Shown: one piece after another, positions 9,541-18,523 of the stretch | Position numbering within the stretch: position 1 is the stretch's first letter | Layout of the letters: each line of letters begins with the position of its first letter | NCBI GenBank assembly: GCA_965199825.1 | Contig: OZ241329.1 | Location: 384,001 to 448,000 of the forward strand | Direction: 5' to 3' | DNA from: Bdellovibrionales bacterium | Lineage (GTDB): Bacteria; Bdellovibrionota; Bdellovibrionia; Bdellovibrionales; UBA1609 | Length of the DNA: 64,000 nucleotides | Translations under genes and position numbers: made by a program | Notes under the pieces: model-generated | The model's database searches: none | What the model was told of the DNA's origin: nothing | Seen by the model: only the letters and a program-made list of their open reading frames with translations

Positions 9541-10634
9541 TACTTTTGTGGTTTGCTATGAACCGCGTAACGCTCAAACTCACCGTACTCATGGAGTTTG
9601 TTATAAAGCGTTTTGATCGTAATCCCTAAAGCATTTGCTGCCTGAGTTTTGTTACTATCAAAATAGTTTAACGCTTTTAAAATATATCGCTTTTCGAGTT
9701 CATGAAGAGTCATTGTTGGATCGTAATCATCGATAACAACTTTATGATCAGGATTGCGAATATTTTCGGGCAAATCGTTAGGCATAATCATATGACCATC
9801 AGCCAAAATTTGGAGACGTTCACAGACGTTTTGTAATTCACGAATGTTTCCTGGCCAGTCGTAACGAAGAAGGATCTTCATTGCGTCTTCGCTCATTTGA
9901 CGACCACGGTTTAAAAAACCGTTGGTGTTAGTAGCAAGAAAATGATCGACGAGAGCCGAAATATCTTCTTTGCGACGGCGAAGAGGTGGCGAATGAACCA
10001 TGATCGTGTTGATACGATAAAAAAGATCTTCACGGAAATTTCCGCGCATCACTTCTTTATCCAACTCTTTATTTGTGGCGCTTACCAAACGGATATCCAC
10101 TTTGATTGGCTCTTTGCCACCAACGCGGAAAATTTCGCCTTCTTGAAGAAAGCGCAAAAGTTTGGCTTGGATACCGGGAGTCAACTCGCCGATTTCATCC
10201 AAAAATAAGGTTCCACCATTTGCAACTTCGGCTAAGCCGATTTTGCGGGTGTAAGCACCAGTAAAAGCACCCTTTTCGTGACCGAAAAGTTCGCTCTCTA
10301 ATAAAGTCTCACGAAGAGCACCACAGTTGATTGCAACAAATGGTTTGTTCTTTCGATTACTTTTTTCGTGGACAGCGTGAGCGATAAGCTCTTTGCCTGT
10401 TCCACTCTCACCAAGCACCAACACAGTAGCATTTGATGGAGCCACACGTTCAACCATGCGCATTAACTGGCGCATAACTTCAGAACGATAGACAATACGT
10501 TTATTTTCTAGGATCGTTTGAGTAGCAGGTGCAAGACCTGCGGGGCCAAATGAATTCATCCCAGGAAGTGGATTTTCAGCAGATGGCGGGAGAACTGGAA
10601 ATTTTTCGATACCTGATTCTGACGAGTCTGACAT
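9540..10634 (-). CDS. Sigma54-dependent transcriptional activator (bEBP) lacking an N-terminal sensor domain
   Basis: GESGTGKE, ESELFGHEKGAFTGA, LFLDEIGE, WPGNIRELQN and a C-terminal Fis-type HTH. Confidence 0.93.
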   Translation of the reverse strand: MSDSSESGIEKFPVLPPSAENPLPGMNSFGPAGLAPATQTILENKRIVYRSEVMRQLMRMVERVAPSNATVLVLGESGTGKELIAHAVHEKSNRKNKPFVAINCGALRETLLESELFGHEKGAFTGAYTRKIGLAEVANGGTLFLDEIGELTPGIQAKLLRFLQEGEIFRVGGKEPIKVDIRLVSATNKELDKEVMRGNFREDLFYRINTIMVHSPPLRRRKEDISALVDHFLATNTNGFLNRGRQMSEDAMKILLRYDWPGNIRELQNVCERLQILADGHMIMPNDLPENIRNPDHKVVIDDYDPTMTLHELEKRYILKALNYFDSNKTQAANALGITIKTLYNKLHEYGEFERYAVHSKPQK

Positions 10635-10796
10635 ACGGACAACCTCTTTTTTATATCAACCAGCAGAAGTCAAAAAAACTTCCCACCAATTTTGATACGC
10701 AGCATTATCGCGTTGTTTTATCAGAACCGACCAGATGTCGCAAGTTTTTTTTGCAAAGCGTAATGAACAAGTTCTACTTATTTTTGAGGCCGACAA

Positions 10797-11699
10797 TTGC
10801 CGTCATCATTTAAGCTCAATCTTGTCAAACACGCCAGTAACTACTTGATATATCTACGTTCCGTTAAAACCGCTTCCTCCCATACTATCAAGTCTTATGC
10901 CACCGACCTTGACCAATTTTTGGGCAATGGTGAAAATAGTAAAACTTCCCTACCCGCATTGGTTGACGTGGACTCTATTTTCAAGGCCCTGTTTTCTACG
11001 GCTGGCCAGCGATGGGCAAATTTAAGTCCCGCATCTCGAAATCGTAAATGGGCTTGCGTCCGTGGATTTGTGCAGTGGCTCTATCGCGAGCAATTTATTT
11101 CAAAAGATTTTAGCTCACACATTGTGCTCAACAAGGTTCCAGAAAAGATTCCGCATTTTTTATCCGTCGACGAGGCCTTGCACGTGGTTCAAAACCTCAA
11201 AAGCAAATCCCCTACTTTTGAAAACCAAAAAAATCTTTGTCTGTTTGTTTTGCTTTATGGCGCGGGATTAAGAATCGGCGAAGTGTGCAAGCTGCGATGG
11301 AGCGATATCAAATGGGAAAGTCATTCGGCACTGATTCACGGTAAGGGAGGGCGCGAGCGCATCGTCGTTTTTCCAGCAAGCGTGGTGACCACACTTAAAG
11401 ATTTTTTGACCTCCAAGAAAGATGAATTTGTTTTTCCAGAAATGACCAACTCTCGCGCTTATCGTTTGATTAAAAATATCGGGATTGACGCCGGCTTATT
11501 AAAGCCTCTTCACCCTCATGCGCTGAGGCACAGCTTTGCAACACACATGCTTTCGGGCGGAGGTGATCTTCGCGTGTTGCAAGAACTTCTTGGTCACACC
11601 AGCCTACGTGCAACAGGTCGCTACACACATTTAAATATTGATGATTTGGCACGAAGCCTTGAAAGTTTTCATCCGATGTCGAAAAATAAGGATTCATGA
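10797..11699 (+). CDS. xerC: XerC/XerD-family tyrosine recombinase
   Basis: LYGAGLRIGE, HGKGGRER, HPHALRHSFATH, LLGH...TGRYTH. The XerC versus XerD assignment is tentative. Confidence 0.85.
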   Translation: MPSSFKLNLVKHASNYLIYLRSVKTASSHTIKSYATDLDQFLGNGENSKTSLPALVDVDSIFKALFSTAGQRWANLSPASRNRKWACVRGFVQWLYREQFISKDFSSHIVLNKVPEKIPHFLSVDEALHVVQNLKSKSPTFENQKNLCLFVLLYGAGLRIGEVCKLRWSDIKWESHSALIHGKGGRERIVVFPASVVTTLKDFLTSKKDEFVFPEMTNSRAYRLIKNIGIDAGLLKPLHPHALRHSFATHMLSGGGDLRVLQELLGHTSLRATGRYTHLNIDDLARSLESFHPMSKNKDS

Positions 11700-12253
11700 A
11701 AAATAAAGCGGTGTTTTTAGATCGAGATGGCACAATCATCATCGATAAAATTTATCTGAATGATCCCGATCAAATTGAGTATCTCCCCAATGCTTTTGAA
11801 GGTCTCAGACAATTGCGCGATCAAGGATTTATTTTTTTGATTGGCACCAATCAGTCCGGAGTGCCACGAGGTTTGGTCACGGTCCAAAATCTTGATGAGA
11901 TTCATCGACGGATCAAAGCTGAATTTTCGCGCGAGGGTGTGGATCTTTTAAATTTTTATTCAGCACCCTTTATGACAGACAGTGACCACTTTTTGCGAAA
12001 GCCCAACCCCGGCATGCTGCTCGAGGGCGCAAGTCATTATAATGTCGATCTCCAAGCGAGCTGGATGATTGGCGATCGAATGACCGATGTGCAAGCAGGT
12101 CATGCGGCAGGCTGCCGATCGATTCTCATATACGGGAACGAAAAAGTTTTGCCTCACCATCGAGCCCCCGAGGGGATCGCTCATGATTTATTGGAGTGCG
12201 CGAGCATTATAAAAGATTGGGATATCAAAAACGATTTTGTAAATAGCTTTTGA
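11696..12253 (+). CDS. gmhB: D-glycero-D-manno-heptose 1,7-bisphosphate phosphatase (HAD IIIA)
   Basis: FLDRDGTI, TNQSG, RKPNPGML, MIGDRMTD. Confidence 0.88.
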   Translation: MKNKAVFLDRDGTIIIDKIYLNDPDQIEYLPNAFEGLRQLRDQGFIFLIGTNQSGVPRGLVTVQNLDEIHRRIKAEFSREGVDLLNFYSAPFMTDSDHFLRKPNPGMLLEGASHYNVDLQASWMIGDRMTDVQAGHAAGCRSILIYGNEKVLPHHRAPEGIAHDLLECASIIKDWDIKNDFVNSF

Positions 12254-12815
12254 GCAAGTACGAGACGCGGTGATTGAGCTTTGAAATCTCCTCGCCACTG
12301 AGCTTGATTGAGTCGTGATCACGAATGGGGCCTCGAAATAAATCGATATTGTCGACATCTTGGGCCAACACCCCTTGTTGCGCCAAAATTTTGATTTCGA
12401 ATTGTAGCCACAAAATGGATAAAGATTTTGAATCTTGCAGCGCTCTTAAGGTGTTGCCCAACAGATCAAACAGATCTTTTGAATTTTCATCACCCTCTTG
12501 AGCCACTTGGCTTACCAGATTTAAAACTTCAAAGGCCATCTCGAGTTTTTCGTAACTGTCGCGCAAGCCCCTGAAGTCCTCGATCAGTGTGGCCTCTTCC
12601 ATCACCTTTAGCTCTTCGTCACGCCCCGACTTCTCCTTATAGCTCACCGATAAATAATGAGTGGGCTCAAGAATTCCACCGCCAAAGCGCTTTCGAGAAG
12701 TCAGAGCCCCTTTGGCTATAAAATGAAGTTTTGTCCCTTTAGAGGTGAGTCCATGCAGAATAAGATCAGATTCACCGTATTTGATTTTTTTAAGGAGAAC
12801 CAGAGTCTCGCGCAT
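12225..12815 (-). CDS. recO: DNA repair protein RecO
   Basis: YGESDLIL...AKGA..SRKRFGGG.LEP, typical of the RecO N-terminal OB fold. Confidence 0.85.
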   Translation of the reverse strand: MRETLVLLKKIKYGESDLILHGLTSKGTKLHFIAKGALTSRKRFGGGILEPTHYLSVSYKEKSGRDEELKVMEEATLIEDFRGLRDSYEKLEMAFEVLNLVSQVAQEGDENSKDLFDLLGNTLRALQDSKSLSILWLQFEIKILAQQGVLAQDVDNIDLFRGPIRDHDSIKLSGEEISKLNHRVSYLLKSYLQNRF

Positions 12816-13791
12816 CAGATGGTGTTAACTCAATTGCAGGCTTTTTTCTGCTTAAATAAAAATAACACCCGACCAAACTCCAAACAAAAAAAGTAATTTG
12901 ATAGGCGGTGATGGCGGTTTGGCCCAAAGAAGTCTCGGAGTGCGAGTGCAATCGAAATAAAAACGAAAACGCCACCTGCCCAACCCCAATACCTGCAGGC
13001 AAGATCGGTATGGCCGAAACAATAAAGCCAATCGGGACCGCAAACAGGTAGGTCTCCACTGGTACATTTGTTTCATTCAAAAAAATACCAACACTATAGA
13101 TAAACAAAATAGCTACGAGCTGCGAAAATAAACTTAAAACCAATACCTTGACCACTGCACCCTTTTGTTCCGAATAGGCATGGACCGTTTCGTACAGTTT
13201 TAAAAATTTTGAGCCCATGGGTAAAATGGTAAGCCACTCGCGGAATCTAAAAAGCTCGGTAAGTCTCCGGGATAAAACGATCACAAAAAATGTGGTCATG
13301 CCCAAAAATAATAGGGTTGCCACAATCCCAATTGCTTGCAGATTCAAATTGTTATGAAGAAGCGAAGTGTCGATTAAAAAAGAGGCCATTGCCATTGCGA
13401 TCATGCAGTAAAGCCCAAGTAGCCGGTCCATGATCACGGTGGTGATGGCATCAATTTTTCTTAAAGGATTTTCTTGAGCCACATAATAGGCCTTGATCAC
13501 ATCGCCGCCCACCGCTCCAGGCAGTGCATAATTAAAAAATAATCCAATCAGTGAAAGCGGATAAGTTGTTTTGAAGTTGGCATCAAAATGACGAGCCTTA
13601 AGCAAAACCAACCATCGCCAATTCGACAAAATAAGATTGGCCCCAGCAAGCAACAAAAAGGTGATCACCACATCGGCGCGACAAAGACTTTTAAGTTCAG
13701 CGGCTTCGATAAATCCTTTTTTTATCAAAAAAAAGATCAATCCAAAGGCCAACGCAAATTTAAAAAATCGAATTCCAGCTTGGTTTGACAA
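12790..13791 (-). CDS. Lysylphosphatidylglycerol synthase TM-domain / UPF0104 flippase-like membrane protein
   Basis: RWLVLL, GLFFNYALPGAVGGDVIK, DRLLGL, PILPAGIGVGQ; multiple TM helices. Confidence 0.85.
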   Translation of the reverse strand: MSNQAGIRFFKFALAFGLIFFLIKKGFIEAAELKSLCRADVVITFLLLAGANLILSNWRWLVLLKARHFDANFKTTYPLSLIGLFFNYALPGAVGGDVIKAYYVAQENPLRKIDAITTVIMDRLLGLYCMIAMAMASFLIDTSLLHNNLNLQAIGIVATLLFLGMTTFFVIVLSRRLTELFRFREWLTILPMGSKFLKLYETVHAYSEQKGAVVKVLVLSLFSQLVAILFIYSVGIFLNETNVPVETYLFAVPIGFIVSAIPILPAGIGVGQVAFSFLFRLHSHSETSLGQTAITAYQITFFVWSLVGCYFYLSRKKPAIELTPSDARDSGSP

Positions 13792-13820
13792 AACTCCCCC
13801 TGTCTCACTTAAGTGGTAAC

Positions 13821-15173
13821 ATGCAAATTGCGATTGTGGGAACTGGCTATGTGGGTCTTATTGCGGGTGTTTGTTTTGCCGAAGTCGGCCACTCGATCAC
13901 TTGCGTTGATTCAGATTTAGCCAAAATCTCGTTGTTACAGAAACGTAAGCCCACATTTTTTGAGCCTGGCTTAGAGGATGCCTTAAAAAATTGTGGACCT
14001 AATCTCAAATTTGTTGAGTCGATCGATCAGGCAGTAAAAGGTGCTGAAGTTCTCTTTATCGCGGTGGGTACTCCAGAATTGCATTCTGGCGAAGCTGATA
14101 TGAGTTTTACCTTTAAAGTTTTAAAAGAAGTTTGTGCCGCTGTAACATCGCCTCTGTTTTTGGTTCTAAAAAGTACAGTTCCCGTTGGGACTGCTCGAGA
14201 GGTCAAAGAGTATTGCCTTAAGCACAGTCGAACCAACATCTCGGTGATCAACAATCCAGAATTTTTGAAACAAGGTGCTGCTCTTAGCGATTTTCGCAAA
14301 CCCGATCGTGTGGTGATTGGTTGTGCGGATTCTCAAAGTCGAGAAATAATGACAAAACTTTATCAGCCGTTCGTCAACGGAACTAATCAGATATTATTTA
14401 TGGACAATATTTCTGCTGAGATGACAAAGTATGCGGCAAATTCTTTTTTGGCGCTCAAAATTAGCTTTATCAATGAGCTTGCTCTTCTTTGCGACAAAAT
14501 GGGTGGCGATATCAACTTGGTGAGAGCTGGATTTACTAGTGATCACCGAATCAATCCTGCTTTTTTTAATCCAGGAATTGGTTATGGTGGCAGTTGTTTT
14601 CCAAAAGATGTTCGGGCTTTGTCGACAACAGCTGAAGAATCTGGCTTCGATTTTAAATTGTTAAAAACTTTGGATCAAGTCAACGAACGCCAAAAAAGGA
14701 TTCTCACCGATCGTATCATTAGCCGCTTTGGCAGTCTAAAAGATGTTAAGATTGCGGTTTGGGGGTTAAGTTTTAAACCCAACACCGATGATGTGCGCCG
14801 TGCCCCTTCGCTTCAGTTAATTGCTGATATGAGAAATCTGGGCGCCAATGTCGTTGCCTATGATCCAGTGGCGGCTAGCAATGCCAAAAAATTTGCCCAG
14901 GTCGATTTTGAACTTGCAGCGAGCCCCCTTGAAGCAACCAAAAATGCTGACGTCTTGGTTGTTGTCACAGAGTGGGCCGAATTCGAAAAAATTCCGCTAA
15001 AAAAGATTGCCGAATCTTTGGGTCGAAAAATCATTTTCGACGGAAGAAATATATTCAATCTAGCTGAATTGCAGAGATATGACTTTGAATACTATGGGAT
15101 TGGTCGCTCGTTGAATTCACTTTTCGAAGCAACGAAAACCATTCATCAAAACTATGAGTCACATCAGGATTAA
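13821..15173 (+). CDS. ugd: UDP-glucose 6-dehydrogenase
   Basis: GTGYVG, KSTVPVGT, NPEFLKQG, GYGGSCFPKD, GLSFKPNTDD; start ATG 13821. Confidence 0.94.
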   Translation: MQIAIVGTGYVGLIAGVCFAEVGHSITCVDSDLAKISLLQKRKPTFFEPGLEDALKNCGPNLKFVESIDQAVKGAEVLFIAVGTPELHSGEADMSFTFKVLKEVCAAVTSPLFLVLKSTVPVGTAREVKEYCLKHSRTNISVINNPEFLKQGAALSDFRKPDRVVIGCADSQSREIMTKLYQPFVNGTNQILFMDNISAEMTKYAANSFLALKISFINELALLCDKMGGDINLVRAGFTSDHRINPAFFNPGIGYGGSCFPKDVRALSTTAEESGFDFKLLKTLDQVNERQKRILTDRIISRFGSLKDVKIAVWGLSFKPNTDDVRRAPSLQLIADMRNLGANVVAYDPVAASNAKKFAQVDFELAASPLEATKNADVLVVVTEWAEFEKIPLKKIAESLGRKIIFDGRNIFNLAELQRYDFEYYGIGRSLNSLFEATKTIHQNYESHQD

Positions 15174-15816
15174 TCGCGTCCGGTGGAAATAAAGTGACGA
15201 GATAAAGATAGGTCGATGGGATCTCAACTTTTAGTTGTTGCGCAATTTTTCGGAGCAATTCTGAACTTTGTTTCTTTTGTTCATCAAAGCTTTTGTTTTT
15301 AAGCTCAATCACGCGGATTTGATTTGGACTTTGGATCAATAGGTCAATCTCTTGATCGTGGCGCGTTTTAAGCGGTAGGTCCAAAGAGCGCTTAGCAATA
15401 TAAATTCTTTCACCCGAAAACAATAAGGGCGCGAGAGCTTCAACAAAAAGGCCACGAAAACCTGAGACACTTTTTTTCTTTTTGGTTTCCACTGGATTAA
15501 GGAAATAAGCCAATCGGATTTTGAGAGCTGAAAAATCGATGGTGCGATGAGTTTTGCTATTGAAATCGTCATAAAGCGCCTCAAGGTCACTAAAAATTCT
15601 AACCCATCCCTCAACCGCTTCCTCATAAGGAAGATAATAAAGATTCATTGCCCGATTCAGATAAGTTGAAAAACTACCGGGATAAAGAGATTCAACACTT
15701 CCCGGTTCAGCCGCATAATCTCGCACAAATTTTTGCCCATTGTCTTTTGTAAAAACATCGAGAGAAACGCACGCTTCAAGCTTGAAGATAAAGAGGAGAA
15801 TCAAAATTGCCATCAC
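15055..15816 (-). CDS. Putative secreted protein with PD-(D/E)XK nuclease-like C-terminal motif
   Basis: Hydrophobic N-terminus; G-x3-E...EID...IELK pattern. The 3' end overlaps ugd on the opposite strand. Confidence 0.55.
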   Translation of the reverse strand: MMAILILLFIFKLEACVSLDVFTKDNGQKFVRDYAAEPGSVESLYPGSFSTYLNRAMNLYYLPYEEAVEGWVRIFSDLEALYDDFNSKTHRTIDFSALKIRLAYFLNPVETKKKKSVSGFRGLFVEALAPLLFSGERIYIAKRSLDLPLKTRHDQEIDLLIQSPNQIRVIELKNKSFDEQKKQSSELLRKIAQQLKVEIPSTYLYLVTLFPPDAINPDVTHSFDEWFSLLRKVNSTSDQSHSIQSHISAIQLD

Positions 15817-15860
15817 CAGCCACTAGATCCAAAGATTTTAAATTTGTCCACGCTGAATCT

Positions 15861-15877
15861 TTGGCATGTAAATGGCA
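15861..15877 (+). promoter_or_regulatory. Putative sigma54 -24/-12 promoter
   Basis: TTGGCATGTAAATGGCA has exact GG-N10-GC spacing and ends ~12 nt before ATG 15889. Confidence 0.5.
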
Positions 15878-15888
15878 GAGTGTAACCC

Positions 15889-16473
15889 ATGATTAATTTG
15901 ATATTTATTTTTGTTTCAATTTTTGCATTCGGTCAGATCAAAGAAGTTAAAATCTCACCCACTAAAACGATTTGCACAGATTTGCTGATTAAAAATGGCC
16001 GGGCGAGTGCCGATCCCAAACAGGTTGTGGAACTGCTCAAAGCTTTTTTTCCTAGCGATCAAACTTCATTTCGAACTAAAGACGGTGGCCAAATTGATTT
16101 GAGCTTTACCGACAACTCATTCCAACTTTTTGGGTCTCGCCAAGATTCGGTGAGTACGCGCACCCTGACAGAGCCGGTGTATTTTAAATTTCCCACTGAA
16201 AAATATGGTTCATTCTTTGTTATTCCGGGCCGTACGAAGGTGACGATTATTCGCGCTACACCTGATTATTTAGAATTGACCTGTCAGTATGAAGAAAAGC
16301 TTTATCACACTTACGTTGCTCAACTGATTTTGCGCAAAGAAGGTTCAGATACCCACATCACTTTGGAGACCAAACGAAAAGAGAGTCGCTACTTCGGCAA
16401 AAACCCCCGCTTCCAAAAGTTTTATGAGTGGCGGACAAAGTTTTTGAGTAATCCTCTTAAATTAGTATTTTAG
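15889..16473 (+). CDS. Hypothetical secreted protein
   Basis: 194-aa ORF with signal-peptide-like N-terminus; no recognised family. Confidence 0.65.
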   Translation: MINLIFIFVSIFAFGQIKEVKISPTKTICTDLLIKNGRASADPKQVVELLKAFFPSDQTSFRTKDGGQIDLSFTDNSFQLFGSRQDSVSTRTLTEPVYFKFPTEKYGSFFVIPGRTKVTIIRATPDYLELTCQYEEKLYHTYVAQLILRKEGSDTHITLETKRKESRYFGKNPRFQKFYEWRTKFLSNPLKLVF

Positions 16474-16994
16474 ATTCCGGCTTTGTGTCTTTCGATATCA
16501 TCCACGCGCGAAAGAATCCCACCTTTGAGTTGGGGACGATAAGCGAGATGACGAATATCATACACAAAGTTTGAGCCTTGAAGAGCGGGAGTTTGCCACT
16601 CAGGACCCATTCTCACAGCATCAACAGGGCAAGCCTCTTCGCAATAACCACAGAACACACATCTCAAAATATCGATCTCGTAAGTGACCGGAAATTTTTC
16701 GACGGTGGGATCTTCGTGTTCGCTTGCTTTGATTTTGATACAGTCTGCGGGACAGTTGGTTGCACACAACATGCAAGCGGTGCAACGAAGTGAACCGTCT
16801 TTTTTGACTGTTAAAACATGATTTCCCTTAAAGCGTGGACCGTATTCATACTTTTGCTCAGGATAATTGAGGGTAGGCATTTGTTTTTGATTAAATAAAT
16901 TTTTAATCATTTTTTTAAATGTAAAACCCATGCCTGACAAAATGCCTGGCAAATACCAACTGGACGCAGAATTGGGGCGTCGGACTAAACTCAT
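16470..16994 (-). CDS. nuoI: NADH-quinone oxidoreductase subunit I
   Basis: Two 4Fe-4S motifs, CTACMLCATNCP and CVFCGYCEEACP. Confidence 0.95.
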   Translation of the reverse strand: MSLVRRPNSASSWYLPGILSGMGFTFKKMIKNLFNQKQMPTLNYPEQKYEYGPRFKGNHVLTVKKDGSLRCTACMLCATNCPADCIKIKASEHEDPTVEKFPVTYEIDILRCVFCGYCEEACPVDAVRMGPEWQTPALQGSNFVYDIRHLAYRPQLKGGILSRVDDIERHKAGI

Positions 16995-18523
16995 AGGGCT
17001 CCTCTTTGGGTCGCAAAGAAATTGCGTTTGCGTTTCATATCTTCAAATCGGCCGACATAGGGCTGGAGTTCTAATCCACTGAGCAATGCGGCTGTTTCGG
17101 AAAGTGTCAGCGAGTTTTTAACCACAATTGTAACCGAATGAACAATCTGTTCGATTCCTTTGTAGTTGATGTATGTGCCGTCTTTTTCAACCATCGTCTT
17201 CATCGGAATCACATAAGTCGAAGCCTTGCGTTCTGCGAGCTGAGGCACTGGATTGGAGGACATCCAAATCAGAGTTTGGGCTGAAGAAAACATCTCAACT
17301 TTTTGGGCAATATCAGTATAAAAACTTTGATTTTCGGGACCGGCAACGATCACCGCTTTATAATTCTTTTTAGCCAGATCGCCCAAATTATTTTTTAGAC
17401 CACGAGCTTCAAGGTATTTTAACAGACCTTTTGTATTGGGATTGCGATCGCCGCGCAACAACAGTCCATCAAAATCATCCATGTGTTCGATGTTGTTGAT
17501 CCAATGATAAACGTTTTTGGATCCCAACTCTTCGGTGAAATAGCCGAGGAAACTATCATACTCCTCGTTGCTATATTGAGCAGTGAGTACCAATGCAATT
17601 TCGTCTTTTGAATATTGCTTGAGCAGCTCGCTCACTTCTTTTACAGCAGCGCCGGGTTCGATAAACTCGGTTTCACCATCACGGCGAATTTCGGCTTTGA
17701 GCAAACGGGCTTCACGATTGACGTGCTTATAAAGGTCGCGACCAATATCACACATCCAGAAGCCATTGACCGCCTGATTTTCACGCGGCTTGATTCGCCA
17801 CAAACCTTCTTCGTTAAAATAAACTTTTGTATTGCAACCGGTTGAACAACTGCCGCAAACACTATCGCCGTTTTTTAGATACCAAACCCGTTGGCGAAAT
17901 CTAAAATCTTTTGAGGTCAATGCACCGACGGGACAGATGTCGACGGTATTGAGTGAATAATTGTTATCGAGAGGTTTTTGATCAAAGGTACCGATCTCTG
18001 AACGATCACCGCGATTAAAAATCCCGAGTTCTTCGGTCTTGCTCACTTCATCGGTAAAGCGCACACAACGCGAACACAAAATACAGCGCTCGGTATCGAG
18101 TACGATGGTTGGACCCAAATCTACAACCTTATGTTTTTTGACTTTGCGCTCGGCCATCTCGGGATCATATTTGCCAAAGGCCATGTACTGATCTTGCAAA
18201 CCGCACTCGCCGGCTTGATCGCAAATGGGGCAATCCAAAGGATGATTGATCAAATGAAAATCAAGACCCCATTGGACGGTCTCTTTTACTTTTTCAGACT
18301 TGTTGGTCACAACCATACCTTCGGTCACACCGGTATTGCAGGCGATTTGCAATCGGGGATTGCCCTCGATATCCACCATACACAACCTGCAAACCCCCGC
18401 GACTGAGAGTCCCTCATGCCAGCAGTAATGGGCAATTTCTTCTCCCGCAAGTTTGAATGCTTTGATAACCGAAGTGCCCGCAGGAACTTCGAGCTCTTTG
18501 CCATTGATCTTACATTTCGGCAT
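16991..18523 (-). CDS. nuoG: NADH-quinone oxidoreductase subunit G (short form)
   Basis: CWH...GVCRLC, HPLDCPICDQAGEC, RCILCSRC, DICPVGAL. Confidence 0.93.
   Translation of the reverse strand: MPKCKINGKELEVPAGTSVIKAFKLAGEEIAHYCWHEGLSVAGVCRLCMVDIEGNPRLQIACNTGVTEGMVVTNKSEKVKETVQWGLDFHLINHPLDCPICDQAGECGLQDQYMAFGKYDPEMAERKVKKHKVVDLGPTIVLDTERCILCSRCVRFTDEVSKTEELGIFNRGDRSEIGTFDQKPLDNNYSLNTVDICPVGALTSKDFRFRQRVWYLKNGDSVCGSCSTGCNTKVYFNEEGLWRIKPRENQAVNGFWMCDIGRDLYKHVNREARLLKAEIRRDGETEFIEPGAAVKEVSELLKQYSKDEIALVLTAQYSNEEYDSFLGYFTEELGSKNVYHWINNIEHMDDFDGLLLRGDRNPNTKGLLKYLEARGLKNNLGDLAKKNYKAVIVAGPENQSFYTDIAQKVEMFSSAQTLIWMSSNPVPQLAERKASTYVIPMKTMVEKDGTYINYKGIEQIVHSVTIVVKNSLTLSETAALLSGLELQPYVGRFEDMKRKRNFFATQRGAL

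Noticed and set aside
10797..11699. Tyrosine recombinase as a prophage or island integrase
   Set aside because: It is XerC-sized, coupled to gmhB among housekeeping genes, and no att repeats, tRNA or phage genes were seen.
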